A stretch of DNA of 64,000 bases from Candidatus Micrarchaeota archaeon (GCA_043812915.1 JBDRLQ010000023.1:10810-74809); one strand, 5' to 3'. Counted from the first letter of the stretch, positions 1 through 10,680 are shown. The notes: generated from the letters alone by a model not told the origin. Program-made: numbers and translations.

Positions 1-1
1 A

Positions 2-952
2 GCGACGATAGTGCTCGCGACGGACTGGGGGGCTGACGGCGCAGAGACCAATATCGAGAGCCAGATCGAGGCCTTGTCATCCGGCCTTGGCATGGATGTC
101 TCGATAAAACGGATACCCGGCTTCGCCCCGCTCTCCAGCCCGCTTCCATGCGCGGTCGAGCTTGACCGGATTATCACCACGCACAGGATCACATCCGAGC
201 TCCTTGTCCGGACACTTAGAAATGAGGGGCTCCCGGATGGGGAAATCAGGAAAAGGCTGAGCCTGCTGACGCTTGTTAATGTGTTTGACCGGAAGGTCGG
301 AAGCGGGAGGGTAGCCGGGATAGTGAAAGGTTACATGCCTCTTCTTGATGGGGAATTCACAATCCAGGTCAATCTTATCGGCCCGCTCAACAACGGCATC
401 ATACGCGCCCTCTCGAGGAGGCTCCGCGACTGCCAGTGCCATGAGCTTGCAAATCCTGAGTTCCAGGTCGATGAGCTTGGCTGCAAGACCTGGGACGGAA
501 GGGCCAAGTTCGGCCCGGCAGCAGTTTTCTCATCGTACGGAATAAGTCCCTCTGAGTTCGGGCCCGGGATTGATCTTGGCGCGTTCCCTGAAATCTCCTT
601 CCGCGCTTCCATGGATGGCACGATTGCCGAAGTGCCCGTTGTGACTGTGGATGAAATCGGGAATCTGGTGACTGGCATAGACAATGGCAGCCTTGGTGGG
701 CTTGGCGAAATCCTCAGCCTGTCCGGCCCGCATGGGTCGCTCCTAGCAAGGAAGGGGGAGAAGTTCGATGACGTTCCGGAGGGCGAAGCGGTATTCTACG
801 CGGGCTCCAAGGGGCTAATAGAGGTCGCTGTGAATATGGGCAGCGCGGCTGAAAGCCTCGGAATCGGCCCTGGGAGCCTTGAGCTTGATGGTGGTGAATC
901 AGCCCTTATCCTCAGGGCTAAGAATATGGGGAGCATCACGGTCGCTGCCTGA
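2..952 (+). CDS. SAM hydroxide adenosyltransferase / SAM-dependent halogenase-like protein (DUF62 family), probably 5'-truncated by the window edge
   Basis: Frame is open from the window start. N-terminal VLATDWG resembles the family (L/T)TDFG motif. The C-terminal segment VDEIGNLVT...FDDVPEGEAVFYAGSKGLIEVAVNMGSAAESLG is typical of the family. Confidence 0.75.
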   Translation, partial: ATIVLATDWGADGAETNIESQIEALSSGLGMDVSIKRIPGFAPLSSPLPCAVELDRIITTHRITSELLVRTLRNEGLPDGEIRKRLSLLTLVNVFDRKVGSGRVAGIVKGYMPLLDGEFTIQVNLIGPLNNGIIRALSRRLRDCQCHELANPEFQVDELGCKTWDGRAKFGPAAVFSSYGISPSEFGPGIDLGAFPEISFRASMDGTIAEVPVVTVDEIGNLVTGIDNGSLGGLGEILSLSGPHGSLLARKGEKFDDVPEGEAVFYAGSKGLIEVAVNMGSAAESLGIGPGSLELDGGESALILRAKNMGSITVAA

Positions 953-995
953 GCGGGAATAACATTTAAAAGAGGCGACTGGCTAGTAGCGCCTG

Positions 996-2282
996 ATGGA
1001 GGCCAGAAAAAGAGCTGGAAAGAAAATGCCTGAACTGAGGACCGAGCTTCTGGCTGGCCTCACAACCTTCTTCACAGTATCGTACATCCTCCTTATCAAC
1101 CCTAGAATCCTTGGAGTGGCCGGGCTGCCCGAGGGGGAGGTCTTTGTGGCAACAGCCCTTAGCGCTGCTATCGCCTCACTCATAATGGGCCTTTACGCGA
1201 ACCGGCCCTTTGCGCTCGCAGCAGGAATGGGCCTGAATGCCTATTTCGCCTATGCGGTAATTCTGGGCATGGGAATCAGCTGGCAGGCCGCCCTCGCGGC
1301 GGTATCCATCTCCGGGCTGCTGATATTCCTCCTGACATTGACTCGGATTGACCTTGGGCGCGGGATTCCGCCTAGCTTCAAGTTCGCCCTTATAGCAGGA
1401 CTAGGGCTATTCCTCGTGTTCATCGGGCTGCAGAATGCGCATCTTGTTGTTCCGGACCCGGCGACCATAATCTCCCTTGGGGATTTCACAAGCCCGAACA
1501 CGCTGATTGCGATTCTCGGCTTCTTCGTGACCGGGTTCCTGATAGCCCGAGGCGTAAAGGCGCACCTTCTCCTTGGCATATTCATCACCGCCCTTGTGGG
1601 CATGCTCCTGGGGTTAACCCCCTGGCCAGCAGAGATATTCAGCATGCCGCCGGCAGGATTTCCCCTCGCTATGCAGCTGGACTTCTCGGACATATTCTCC
1701 ATCGGGATGCTAAGCGTGATCTGGGGCTTCTTCATCATCACCCTCTTTGACGTAATCGGAACGCTTGATGCGCTGTCCATCAAGGCGGGCTTCGTGGATA
1801 AGAAAGGCCGCATACTGGGTATGAAAAAGGCCCTTAGGGCAAACTCCTTCGGGATAATTGTAGGCTCCGCCCTGGGGGTGCCGACCATAGTCGCCTTCCT
1901 TGAGAGCGCGACGGGCATCGAGGCCGGGGGGCGCACAGGCATCGTCGCCTTCGTTGTCTCAGGCATGTTCCTGCTCTCACTCTTCTTCCTGCCCCTAATC
2001 CAGTCGATACCCATAGAGGCTGCGGCTCCGGCGATAGTAATCACTGGGGTGCTCATGCTCTCTGCGATAGAGCGGATAAACTACAAGGACATCACGGATT
2101 CCCTTCCCGCCCTGCTCACCCTGGTGATAATCCCATTCACCTTCTCGATAGCCCATGGAATCGCAATAGGCTCGGTCTTCTATGTCTTCCTCAAATTGGT
2201 TTCAGGGAAAGCCCGGGACGTCAGCGCGGCCATGTACCTTATCGCCCTGCTTTCTATCATAGATCTGGCCGGATTTTTCTAA
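996..2282 (+). CDS. NCS2 family (AzgA-like) nucleobase permease
   Basis: Motifs ELLAGLTTFFTVSYI, GMGLNAYF and ESATGIEAGGRTG; many transmembrane segments. Confidence 0.92.
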   Translation: MEARKRAGKKMPELRTELLAGLTTFFTVSYILLINPRILGVAGLPEGEVFVATALSAAIASLIMGLYANRPFALAAGMGLNAYFAYAVILGMGISWQAALAAVSISGLLIFLLTLTRIDLGRGIPPSFKFALIAGLGLFLVFIGLQNAHLVVPDPATIISLGDFTSPNTLIAILGFFVTGFLIARGVKAHLLLGIFITALVGMLLGLTPWPAEIFSMPPAGFPLAMQLDFSDIFSIGMLSVIWGFFIITLFDVIGTLDALSIKAGFVDKKGRILGMKKALRANSFGIIVGSALGVPTIVAFLESATGIEAGGRTGIVAFVVSGMFLLSLFFLPLIQSIPIEAAAPAIVITGVLMLSAIERINYKDITDSLPALLTLVIIPFTFSIAHGIAIGSVFYVFLKLVSGKARDVSAAMYLIALLSIIDLAGFF

Positions 2283-2414
2283 AAAAGCAGGCGAGTAGAC
2301 AGTTTTATTAACTGGCGCGCAGAAATATTTGCGGGCAGCATAAATCTGTTGCCACAAAGAGGTCCCAACCCAGTTATGGAATGGGGAGGGGCATAAAAAA
2401 TAGGTGAACATACA

Positions 2415-2567
2415 ATGGATGAAGACGAAGGCAGTCATGATGATCGGCCTATGTACGACGCGGTTTGCTCTAAATGCGGACAGCCGTGCAAAGTCCCGTT
2501 CAAGCCCGCTGAAGGCAGGCCCGTTTACTGCAGGAACTGCTACAGGCCGAAAAGAAGATTTGACTGA
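2415..2567 (+). CDS. Small CxxC-x17-CxxC zinc-binding protein (50 aa, absent from the ORF track)
   Basis: Manual translation: MDEDEGSHDDRPMYDAVCSKCGQPCKVPFKPAEGRPVYCRNCYRPKRRFD. GGTGA RBS at 2403-2407. Confidence 0.9.
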   Translation: MDEDEGSHDDRPMYDAVCSKCGQPCKVPFKPAEGRPVYCRNCYRPKRRFD

Positions 2568-2596
2568 ATTTTACAATTCTTAAGAATCAACGTTTC

Positions 2597-3499
2597 TTAA
2601 TTTTTTGCGCTTTCCTTTTTCTTGATTTCAAGTATCTCTTCCACTGATTTTGCATTGGATATGCTGTTCCTCAGCCTTGCCGCGCTCCTGGCGCCCCTGA
2701 TGAAATTCATTGCCTTTAGCCTTATCGGCACGATTGGCATCTTTTCATAATATTTCGAGCACAGGCAGATGTATTCCTCAAGCAGACAGAACATGCCCCC
2801 TATGGTCTGTGGCTTCTGGTCTTTGAACAGGAGCGGATTGGACATCGCCGCCCTTCCGACCATGAAGGAATCGCAGTAGCCTTCCCGGACGAGCCTCCTG
2901 CCTTCCGAGGCGCTCTGGATGTCACCGTTGCCGACAACCGGTATGTCCAGCCCTTCCTTCACATGCCTTATGAGTTCCCAGTCGGATTTCCCTGAATACC
3001 CCTGTTTCACGGTCCTTCCGTGTATTATTACTGAATCTGCGCCCTCGGCCTCAATCTTCCTGCACAAATCAAGCGTGCCGTCAACCCCGTTGCTCACCCT
3101 TATCTTAACTGACACTGGCAGATCCGCCTTCCTCATCAGTTTCACGGATTCGAATATCTTCTTCGGGTGGAGCAGCATGTCGCTCCCGCCCCCGCACCTC
3201 ATCGTCCTCGGGGATGGGCAGCCGGCATTCAGGTTCAGCCATTTCACATGGCTCATGGAGTCCGCTATGAGCATGCATGCCTTACCTACCTTTTTCGGAT
3301 CCCCGCCGATCACCTGCACCCCTATATTCTTCTCATCAGGGTGCGCGTCCACTTCCGAGAGCTTTTTAGGGTCCCTCTCAATAGCCATGCTGTTGGCCAT
3401 CGGGGCGCAGCAGGCATCCGCTCCGTATCTCTGGCATAGGATTCTGAATGGCAGGTCGGAATAATCAAAAAGAGGAGCCAGGAAATTATGGTATTTCAT
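2597..3499 (-). CDS. dus: tRNA-dihydrouridine synthase (Dus family)
   Basis: Motifs FLAPL, NLNAGCP, VSVKIR, IHGRT, GNGDI and MVGRAA. Start placed at MKYHNFLAP. Confidence 0.9.
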   Translation of the reverse strand: MKYHNFLAPLFDYSDLPFRILCQRYGADACCAPMANSMAIERDPKKLSEVDAHPDEKNIGVQVIGGDPKKVGKACMLIADSMSHVKWLNLNAGCPSPRTMRCGGGSDMLLHPKKIFESVKLMRKADLPVSVKIRVSNGVDGTLDLCRKIEAEGADSVIIHGRTVKQGYSGKSDWELIRHVKEGLDIPVVGNGDIQSASEGRRLVREGYCDSFMVGRAAMSNPLLFKDQKPQTIGGMFCLLEEYICLCSKYYEKMPIVPIRLKAMNFIRGARSAARLRNSISNAKSVEEILEIKKKESAKN

Positions 3500-3503
3500 G
3501 ATT

Positions 3504-3881
3504 TCACTGCCTGAGCTTGATTGCTTTCTTGAACGCGTCAAGGACAAGCAGGGCGCACCTTATCCTTGTGGGGTTCCTGGAAAGATCCACCCTCAGGAGC
3601 TTGAGTATGTCATCCTTGCCCATGCCCATGACCTCGTCCACTTCCATGCCCTTGATGACATCCGTGAATAATGAGGCGCTGGCCTGGCTTATCGCGCAGC
3701 CCTTTCCAGTGAACTTGACATCCGCGATCTTCCCATCCTTTATCTTGATATAGATCACTATCCTGTCCCCGCAGGTGGCGTTATAGACCTCCGCCTTGGC
3801 ATCCGCATCCTCCAACTCGCCGAAGTTGAGCGGGTTCTGGTATAGCTCTATTATGAGCTCCTGGTAGATGTCCTTGTCCAT
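3504..3881 (-). CDS. sufU: SufU/IscU-type Fe-S scaffold protein
   Basis: NATCGD, GKGCAISQASAS and RIRCALL carry the three conserved Cys; lies downstream of sufS. Confidence 0.92.
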   Translation of the reverse strand: MDKDIYQELIIELYQNPLNFGELEDADAKAEVYNATCGDRIVIYIKIKDGKIADVKFTGKGCAISQASASLFTDVIKGMEVDEVMGMGKDDILKLLRVDLSRNPTRIRCALLVLDAFKKAIKLRQ

Positions 3882-3885
3882 GGTA

Positions 3886-4239
3886 TCAACTTTTGAATGA
3901 GAAAAACTTCATTAAAAATCCCAGTGAGGCGATAATCATCAGGCTGTATACGACCAGGAGAAAGTTCTCCCCTACTATCGACAGGCCAAAGAAAATGATT
4001 GCGATTGCCATAAATGCGGCAGCCGGGATATTCCACTTGGCGATAAAGTACGCCACTCCCGAAAGCGCGGCAAAGGCAACCCCTATCCATAGCGTGAACT
4101 CCTTCTCAAGAAGGAATCCAAGGGGCGGCTCGAAGCCAGGAATCGGGAAAAAGCCACTCAGAATCAGAAGTGCGATTGCTACAATCACTGTGAATACTCC
4201 GGAGAATCGGACAAGTGTGTGATGAGGGAGGAAATGCAT
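3886..4239 (-). CDS. Small integral membrane protein of unknown function
   Basis: About four hydrophobic segments; fills the gap between sufS and sufU with only a few nt on each side. Confidence 0.65.
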   Translation of the reverse strand: MHFLPHHTLVRFSGVFTVIVAIALLILSGFFPIPGFEPPLGFLLEKEFTLWIGVAFAALSGVAYFIAKWNIPAAAFMAIAIIFFGLSIVGENFLLVVYSLMIIASLGFLMKFFSFKS

Positions 4240-4240
4240 G

Positions 4241-5467
4241 CTACTTCCCCTTGAACAGGTCCCTGATTTTCACCAGAGACTCCGCCAGCCTGTCAATCTC
4301 CTCTTCGGTGTTGTAGAGGTAGACGCTAGCCCTTGTGCTTGCAGGTATCCCGAGCTTCTCATGCAGGGGCATCGCGCAGTGGTGCCCGCTCCGGACGCAT
4401 ATGCCGTCCTCGTCAAGCAACGCCGCGATGTCATGCGGGTGCACCCCTTCCAGCTCGAAGGCGACCAATCCGGCCCTTTCCTTGGCTTCCCCCGGGCCGA
4501 TTATCCTGAGGCCCTCAATCTCCTCCATCCTCCTGAGCATGTGCGAAACCAGCTTCTCCTCATGCTTCCGGATGTTCCCAAGGCCAACCCTGTTAAGGTA
4601 GTCCATGGCGACTCCGAGGCAGACGCATTCAGCTACATTGGGCGTTCCTGCCTCGAACTTGTGCGGAAGGCCGTTCCAGGTCGCCCCATATGTGTGGACC
4701 TCGCGAATCATCTCGCTTCCATAAAGGAACGGCTCCATCTCTTCAAGCAGCTCCTTCCTGCCATAAAGCACCCCGCTGCCAAAAGGCGCGAGCATCTTGT
4801 GGCCGGAGAATAACAGGAAATCACATCCCATCTTCCGGACATCCGTCACATTTCCCGGGACATACTGAGCGGCGTCAACAATCGTGACTGCGCCGGCTTT
4901 CCGGGCGAGCCTGCAGAGTTTCGGGACATCAGTGAGAGTGCCCGCGACATTGGATGCTGCTGAAAACGCAAAAAGCTTGGCCCCCTCCAGCTTCCCCAGG
5001 TCCTCTTCCCTGAGCTTACCTTTCTCATCAATGTCGATTATGTCCAGCTGCGCTCCCTTCATCCTGGCCAATTGAAGCCAGGGGACGAAGTTGCTGTGGT
5101 GCTCAAGGATTGTCGTCACAATCCGCTCGCCCTTCTTGATGTTGCCCTCGCCCCACCCCCGGAAGATTGTGTTCACTCCGTTCGTGGTGTTGCTTGTGAA
5201 TACGATTTCATTCTCGTCCGCGGCGTTGATGAATTTTGCGGCCTTCTGCCGCGCTTCCGCATATGCGATGGTGGCCTCCTCAGCCAGGTGATACAGGCTC
5301 CGCCCGACATTGGCATTCCTGAGGGAATAGAACTCGCTGAGCGCGTCAATTACCTGCCTTGGCTTCTGTGAGGTCGCGGCAGAGTCAAGGTATGCAATGG
5401 GCTTTCCGTTCCTTGTTGTTGAAAGAATCGGGAAATCAGCCCTGATTTCATCTACATCCATAGTCAT
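4241..5467 (-). CDS. sufS: SufS cysteine desulfurase
   Basis: YLDSAATSQKP, EHHSN, PLP-lysine motif FSGHKML and RSGHHCA. ATGA overlap with sufC. Confidence 0.96.
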   Translation of the reverse strand: MTMDVDEIRADFPILSTTRNGKPIAYLDSAATSQKPRQVIDALSEFYSLRNANVGRSLYHLAEEATIAYAEARQKAAKFINAADENEIVFTSNTTNGVNTIFRGWGEGNIKKGERIVTTILEHHSNFVPWLQLARMKGAQLDIIDIDEKGKLREEDLGKLEGAKLFAFSAASNVAGTLTDVPKLCRLARKAGAVTIVDAAQYVPGNVTDVRKMGCDFLLFSGHKMLAPFGSGVLYGRKELLEEMEPFLYGSEMIREVHTYGATWNGLPHKFEAGTPNVAECVCLGVAMDYLNRVGLGNIRKHEEKLVSHMLRRMEEIEGLRIIGPGEAKERAGLVAFELEGVHPHDIAALLDEDGICVRSGHHCAMPLHEKLGIPASTRASVYLYNTEEEIDRLAESLVKIRDLFKGK

Positions 5468-6198
5468 TTCACCCATTCGGAGTAGCCATTTTCCTCAATC
5501 CTGTGGGCCAGCTCTCCGCCATCGCTCTTCACCATCTTCCCGTTGACCATTATGTGGACGTAATCAGCCTTCATGTGCCGGAGCATCCGTGGATAGTGCG
5601 TAATCAGGAGGAAGCAGCGCTTGCCATCCTTCATCTTCTCAAGCTGCTCTGCTATAATCCGCACGCCGTCGACATCCAGCCCGGAATCGACTTCGTCCAT
5701 CACGAGCACCTTAGGCTCTAGGGAGATTGCCTGGAGCATCTCCAGCCTTTTCTTCTCCCCACCGGAAAAGCCGACATTGAGCTCCCTCTTCACCAGGTCT
5801 TTTCCCATCCCGAGGATTGCGGCGTTCCTTTCAAGCTCCTCGCTTTCCCTCACCATCTTATCGAGGTCCTGCTTTCCATCGGTCCTGGCGGCCTTCGCCT
5901 TCCTGATGAAGCGGCTTACTTTCACCCCTTCGATTTCCTCAGGGTTCTGGAACGCCAGGAACAATCCCTTCCTTGCCCTCTCATCAGTATCCATCTTGGA
6001 GATGTCTTCTCCATCCAGGATAATCTTCCCGCTGGTATGGAGCGCGGGGTAGCCCAGCAGTGCTTTTGCGAAGGTGCTTTTTCCTGCGCCGTTAGGGCCC
6101 ATTATCACGTGAGTCTCTCCATCCTCAATCTTCAGGCCAATGCCGCTGATGATTTTCCTGCCCTCGACCGAGACTGAGAAGTCCTTTATCTCAAACAT
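5464..6198 (-). CDS. sufC: Fe-S cluster assembly ATPase SufC
   Basis: Walker A GPNGAGKST, signature LNVGFSGGEKKR, and DEVDSGLDVD. Confidence 0.96.
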   Translation of the reverse strand: MFEIKDFSVSVEGRKIISGIGLKIEDGETHVIMGPNGAGKSTFAKALLGYPALHTSGKIILDGEDISKMDTDERARKGLFLAFQNPEEIEGVKVSRFIRKAKAARTDGKQDLDKMVRESEELERNAAILGMGKDLVKRELNVGFSGGEKKRLEMLQAISLEPKVLVMDEVDSGLDVDGVRIIAEQLEKMKDGKRCFLLITHYPRMLRHMKADYVHIMVNGKMVKSDGGELAHRIEENGYSEWVK

Positions 6199-6270
6199 AA
6201 TTATCGGTGTTTTCCTTCTATTATGATATGTTTTTATAGTTAGTTCAATGTATTCCTTCTCATTATTCAG

Positions 6271-7665
6271 GTGCTTTTCTTGGGAAAAAAAGAGACTGGC
6301 AAATATAATTTCCACACCCCGGAGCATTATGCCTACCGCTCAAAGAAGGGGCTTTCCGAGAAAGTAATCCGGGACATATCCTCTATGAAGGGGGAGCCGT
6401 CCTGGATGCTTGAGCGAAGGCTCCAGGCACTTGGTCTCTTTGAGGGAATGCCGCTCCCCAAGTGGGGGCCTGACTTATCATCCCTTGAATTCAATGACCT
6501 CTATTACTATCTGAAGCCGACCGAGAAGAAGACCGATGCCTGGGAATCCGTTCCTGATGATATAAAGGAGACCTTCGAGAAGCTCGGGATTCCGGAAGCC
6601 GAGAAGAAGTTCCTTGCGGGCAGTTCCGCGCAGTTCGAGAGCGAAGTCGTCTATCATCATCTCAAGGAGCAGTGGGAGAAGAAAGGAATTATATTCACGG
6701 ACATGGACACTGGCTTGAAGGAGCACCCGGACATAGTCGAGGAGCATTTTGGGAGCATTGTGCCTGCGGCAGACAACAAGTTCGCCGCACTCAATACTGC
6801 CGCATGGAGCGGGGGGGCTTTTGTATATATCCCAAAGGGTGTCCACGCTGACATTCCGCTCCAGACCTATTTCAGGATAAACGCGGAGAAGCTCGGGCAG
6901 TTCGAGAGGACGCTCATCATCGCGGATGAAGGCTCAAGCGTATCCTATGTGGAAGGCTGCTCCGCGCCGGTATTCAGCACAGCGTCATTGCACGCGGCCG
7001 TGGTCGAGATTATCGCCAAGAAGGGAGCGAAAGTCCGCTACACCACAATCCAGAACTGGTCCAACAACGTTTACAATCTGGTGACAAAGCGCGCGATTGC
7101 CCATGAGAATTCCTTCGTGGAATGGCTGGACGGCAACATGGGAAGCCGGGTGACACAGAAGTACCCTACCGTTTTGCTCAAAGGCAAAGGCGCGAAGGCA
7201 GAGGTCCTCAGCGTGGCTTATGCCGGGAAGGGCCAGACACAGGACACTGGCGCGAAGATGATTCATTTAGCTCCGAATACCCAATCCAGGATAGTCTCCA
7301 AGAGCGTCTGCCAGGATGGGGGCAGGGCAAGCTACCGCGGCCTTGTGAGTATCGGCCCGAAGGCGAAAAACTCCAAGTGCTTTGTTGAGTGCAACGCATA
7401 TCTGCTTGATGGGAAATCCCGCTCAGATACTTACCCGACAATAAAGGACGAGCAGGACAATGCTGAAGTTAGCCATGAGGCGAAAGTCGGAAGTGTTTCC
7501 AAGGAGAAATTGTTTTACCTGATGAGCAGGGGGATTTCAGAGAAGGACGCCATGTCAATGATTGTTATGGGCTTCATGGAATCTTTCACAAGGGAATTGC
7601 CGATGGAATACGCTGTTGAGCTGAACCGGCTCATCCAGCTGCAGCTTGAGAGGTCGGTCGGATGA
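6271..7665 (+). CDS. sufB: Fe-S cluster assembly protein SufB
   Basis: [30 protein letters not shown] and LFYLMSRG. True start may be TTG at 6280. Confidence 0.96.
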   Translation: MLFLGKKETGKYNFHTPEHYAYRSKKGLSEKVIRDISSMKGEPSWMLERRLQALGLFEGMPLPKWGPDLSSLEFNDLYYYLKPTEKKTDAWESVPDDIKETFEKLGIPEAEKKFLAGSSAQFESEVVYHHLKEQWEKKGIIFTDMDTGLKEHPDIVEEHFGSIVPAADNKFAALNTAAWSGGAFVYIPKGVHADIPLQTYFRINAEKLGQFERTLIIADEGSSVSYVEGCSAPVFSTASLHAAVVEIIAKKGAKVRYTTIQNWSNNVYNLVTKRAIAHENSFVEWLDGNMGSRVTQKYPTVLLKGKGAKAEVLSVAYAGKGQTQDTGAKMIHLAPNTQSRIVSKSVCQDGGRASYRGLVSIGPKAKNSKCFVECNAYLLDGKSRSDTYPTIKDEQDNAEVSHEAKVGSVSKEKLFYLMSRGISEKDAMSMIVMGFMESFTRELPMEYAVELNRLIQLQLERSVG

Positions 7666-8711
7666 ATGATGTTGAATCAATCTCAAAGGACCTCAACGAG
7701 CCTGCGTGGCTGCTTTCAATCAGGCAGGGCGCGCGCAAGCTGGCAAAAGAGCCCGCGGCAATCCCGGCTCTGAAAAAGCCGGAAGCAACAAACCCAAAGA
7801 ACACAAGGGCATTCACGCTTTCCGAGATGCTCCAAAAGGACGCCAAGTTCGCGAAGAATGCATTCGCGTCAAGGAAGATTGTTCCAGAAGCAAGCCCGCA
7901 GGCAGCGTATCTCAACGCATATTTCAGGGATTGCAGCTTCATATTCGTAGATGACAACAAGAAGGCTGAACTCGGGATGTCCCTTGGAGGCTCGCTTTCC
8001 ATAAACTTCATTTTCTTGGGAAACAATTCCTCGCTCAAGATATACGGCTCGGCGGTCTCTGACTGCCTGGACATATGCGAGATGACAACCGGCGAGAACT
8101 CCAGGATAGACTGCGCGTTCCTGAAGCAGAAGAACGCTTATGCGTACAGGGGCCTTTCAGCAACTCTCGGAACCCGGAGTTCGCTCTGCTCAGCTTCGTT
8201 CTGGAGCGGAAGCGGGCATGGTGACACATCAGTTATGCTCAGAGGAGAGGGCTCGAAAGTGCTTGATGTGGAGCTTTCCATAGGGGGAAATTCCGAGAAT
8301 CTTTCATTGCGCTCTGATTTTACGCACTCTGCCAACAACGCGGAGAGCGAAGTCATCATGAGAGGTGTCGCGCAGGACACTTCCAGCACGGCCTATTACG
8401 GCAGGGTGACCGTTGAAGGGAACGGGAGGGGTTCGAAGTCAGAACTGTCCCAGCACGTCCTGCTGCTTGACAAAGGCGCAAAAGCAGAGGCAAATCCGGT
8501 AATGGAAATCAAGAACAAGGATGTGGAATGCTCCCATGCCGCGTCAGTAAGGCAATTGGAAGAGGACAAGCTCTTCTACCTGATGAGCCGGGGCCTGCCA
8601 AGGCAGCAGGCAAAGACTACGATGGTAACCGGATTCCTGAGGGGCGCCATAAACAGGATTGAGGATAAGGACTTAAGGAACATGTTCCGGCCTTCATTCT
8701 TAAGGGAATAG
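7662..8711 (+). CDS. sufD: SufD-like Fe-S cluster assembly protein
   Basis: C-terminal [18 protein letters not shown] and [12 protein letters not shown] overlap with sufB. Confidence 0.88.
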   Translation: MNDVESISKDLNEPAWLLSIRQGARKLAKEPAAIPALKKPEATNPKNTRAFTLSEMLQKDAKFAKNAFASRKIVPEASPQAAYLNAYFRDCSFIFVDDNKKAELGMSLGGSLSINFIFLGNNSSLKIYGSAVSDCLDICEMTTGENSRIDCAFLKQKNAYAYRGLSATLGTRSSLCSASFWSGSGHGDTSVMLRGEGSKVLDVELSIGGNSENLSLRSDFTHSANNAESEVIMRGVAQDTSSTAYYGRVTVEGNGRGSKSELSQHVLLLDKGAKAEANPVMEIKNKDVECSHAASVRQLEEDKLFYLMSRGLPRQQAKTTMVTGFLRGAINRIEDKDLRNMFRPSFLRE

Positions 8712-8713
8712 AA

Positions 8714-10063
8714 TCATGAGTAGACAAGCACGCACAATTCTTTTCCGAAATAGAACGTCTCGGAATTGCTCGGGAAGTCATCGCGGCTTTCTGGATTGAC
8801 ATAAAGCCTGCAGGTGTATTCATTCCTTTTGAATCCGACAGATACCACTGTGATTTCGTAATGCCTCCTGCCTTCTTCATCAGTGAATGCCAGCACAGAG
8901 GCGATGTCCTCAGCAAACGCCTTCGGGTCGAAATAAGAGTCGCTTTTCTTGTCCTCAGTGCACTCCACAAGCTTCGCCTTGAATTCCTCAAGGTCCACAA
9001 TCGCCTTTTTTGCAGGAGGGGCGAATGAATCGCTCTTTTCCGGAATTTCCCCATTGCACTCCAGAAGAACTGCGGATATGCTGCTGGACTCGCTGTCCGC
9101 CATGCCAAGCGCTTCGACTGTGGCCACATCCACTATCACAAGGTATGCCGGCATGTATCCGGAAGTCTGCCCCGTAACAGTCTTCTTTGGCCAATAGAAC
9201 AATGCCTGGTTGTCAAGCCCTCCCTTGGCCGTGAGTGAAGGATATGCGTCCTGCACAAAATCAAGCGGGAACGGGGACAGGATGAACATGTGATTTTCGG
9301 TCTTGAGCAGGCGGAACTGCAGCTTGGGCGGCTCGCACCCGTCGCCGCATGCATCGAGTATCTTCTGCATCCTGCTTATCTTCTCTTTCGTCTCCCCAAT
9401 CGCAAGGGGCCCCTCGCATTTCTGCAGCTTCTCCTTCAGCCTCTTGATATCATCTGATGCTACCTTCCTTATGAGGGGAATGAGGATTGGGAAGTCGCTG
9501 TATCTCTCCAGTCTCCTGATGAATCTTTCTTTGCTTGTTGACGAGCGTTTGAATCTGAGCTCTCCATCCTCTCCGAAATAGCAACTCTGCAGCTGGGACT
9601 TGAGTGCCGCCAGCGAGCCGTTGCCCTCACTGAAGTCCGGGAAGTATCTTGATGCCATCGCGTTCTGAGGGTCAACCGGGCCCCCGACCAGGGTGATGTC
9701 ATCCCGGCCATCTTCGCCTTCAATAACCAGTTTCCTTGGCGCGCCTGATTCGGTGTGCCTTATCATGCTGCTGATATCCACAACCGATATGCCAGCCTCA
9801 TCAGTCTCCACCGGGAAACTGGGCTTTGTGTCCACTTCCGTGGTATCTTCTCTGGGAGGCCTTTCACTCTCAATCACTATCGCAGGCGTGTTCCTGAACG
9901 TGCTCCTGGGATTGAACTCTTCGGCCGGGGCAGTGCCTTGCTGCCCTAGCCTCTGCTGGAGCTTCCTGGCAGGAACTACCGGCTTTGATGAATACGCGCC
10001 TGGCCCTGGCTCGAGCGTAGGTGTCTTCTTGCCGGCCTTGCCACTCTCGTTTCCAAAAGTCAT
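8714..10063 (-). CDS. Hypothetical protein with a long low-complexity N-terminus
   Basis: 449-aa ORF filling the interval; no recognisable motif. Confidence 0.7.
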   Translation of the reverse strand: MTFGNESGKAGKKTPTLEPGPGAYSSKPVVPARKLQQRLGQQGTAPAEEFNPRSTFRNTPAIVIESERPPREDTTEVDTKPSFPVETDEAGISVVDISSMIRHTESGAPRKLVIEGEDGRDDITLVGGPVDPQNAMASRYFPDFSEGNGSLAALKSQLQSCYFGEDGELRFKRSSTSKERFIRRLERYSDFPILIPLIRKVASDDIKRLKEKLQKCEGPLAIGETKEKISRMQKILDACGDGCEPPKLQFRLLKTENHMFILSPFPLDFVQDAYPSLTAKGGLDNQALFYWPKKTVTGQTSGYMPAYLVIVDVATVEALGMADSESSSISAVLLECNGEIPEKSDSFAPPAKKAIVDLEEFKAKLVECTEDKKSDSYFDPKAFAEDIASVLAFTDEEGRRHYEITVVSVGFKRNEYTCRLYVNPESRDDFPSNSETFYFGKELCVLVYS

Positions 10064-10176
10064 TAAGAAAAAAATGTCGCAAAGAGTTTTTATTTATTCC
10101 CTTCTTCTGACACATGAAGAGGGAGCCCAGGCATCTCACCCGGGCGTCCCTCCCCTGACAGGTTTGTTATGCCGCA

Positions 10177-10680
10177 TTACTTTATGAAGAGCGCACCGGC
10201 GTATTTGTACAGGTAGTTCTCGTCCGTCCAGCCCTCCTCGGTAGTCCCGAAGATGGATTTTGTCTCCAATGTCCCGTTCATGTTGCTCAGCTGGTGCGAC
10301 ACACCGAACTTGCCGTTCGAGAACGCCGTGATGTCATTGAGCTCCGGCTCATCATAGTTCACTATGTACATGTATCCTGGCGCCATGGACCACCCCATGC
10401 TCCTTGACTGCCAGTGAAGGCTCCCCGAGGGCATAATTACATCGTAATTGCCCTCGAGGATTATGGTCACTTTACCATCGCCCCTTATCACCTTCACGTC
10501 ACCGGCGTCCACCGTGCGGGGATGCTCGATTCCATCGCAGAGGTAAGATGCCATTCCGACATTGAACAGGCCCGCGAGCATAAGGAGCACCAGCCCCTTT
10601 TTCGCGAGCGCCCTTCCCACATAATCTTCCCGTTTTCTTGCATTCGCCACTTTCCATCTATTTTTGTGATTTTCTCTCAT
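10177..10680 (-). CDS. Hypothetical membrane-anchored or exported protein
   Basis: Basic N-terminus followed by a hydrophobic helix; GAGGTGGG RBS before MRENHK. Confidence 0.65.
   Translation of the reverse strand: MRENHKNRWKVANARKREDYVGRALAKKGLVLLMLAGLFNVGMASYLCDGIEHPRTVDAGDVKVIRGDGKVTIILEGNYDVIMPSGSLHWQSRSMGWSMAPGYMYIVNYDEPELNDITAFSNGKFGVSHQLSNMNGTLETKSIFGTTEEGWTDENYLYKYAGALFIK

Noticed and set aside
6198..6327. Extended upstream starts in the ORF track (sufC 6327, dus 3547, HAD 15245, idsA 55741, UbiA 53493, kinase 59618)
   Set aside because: The extensions overlap neighbouring genes or promoters, and downstream starts fit family N-termini and RBS or TATA positions better.
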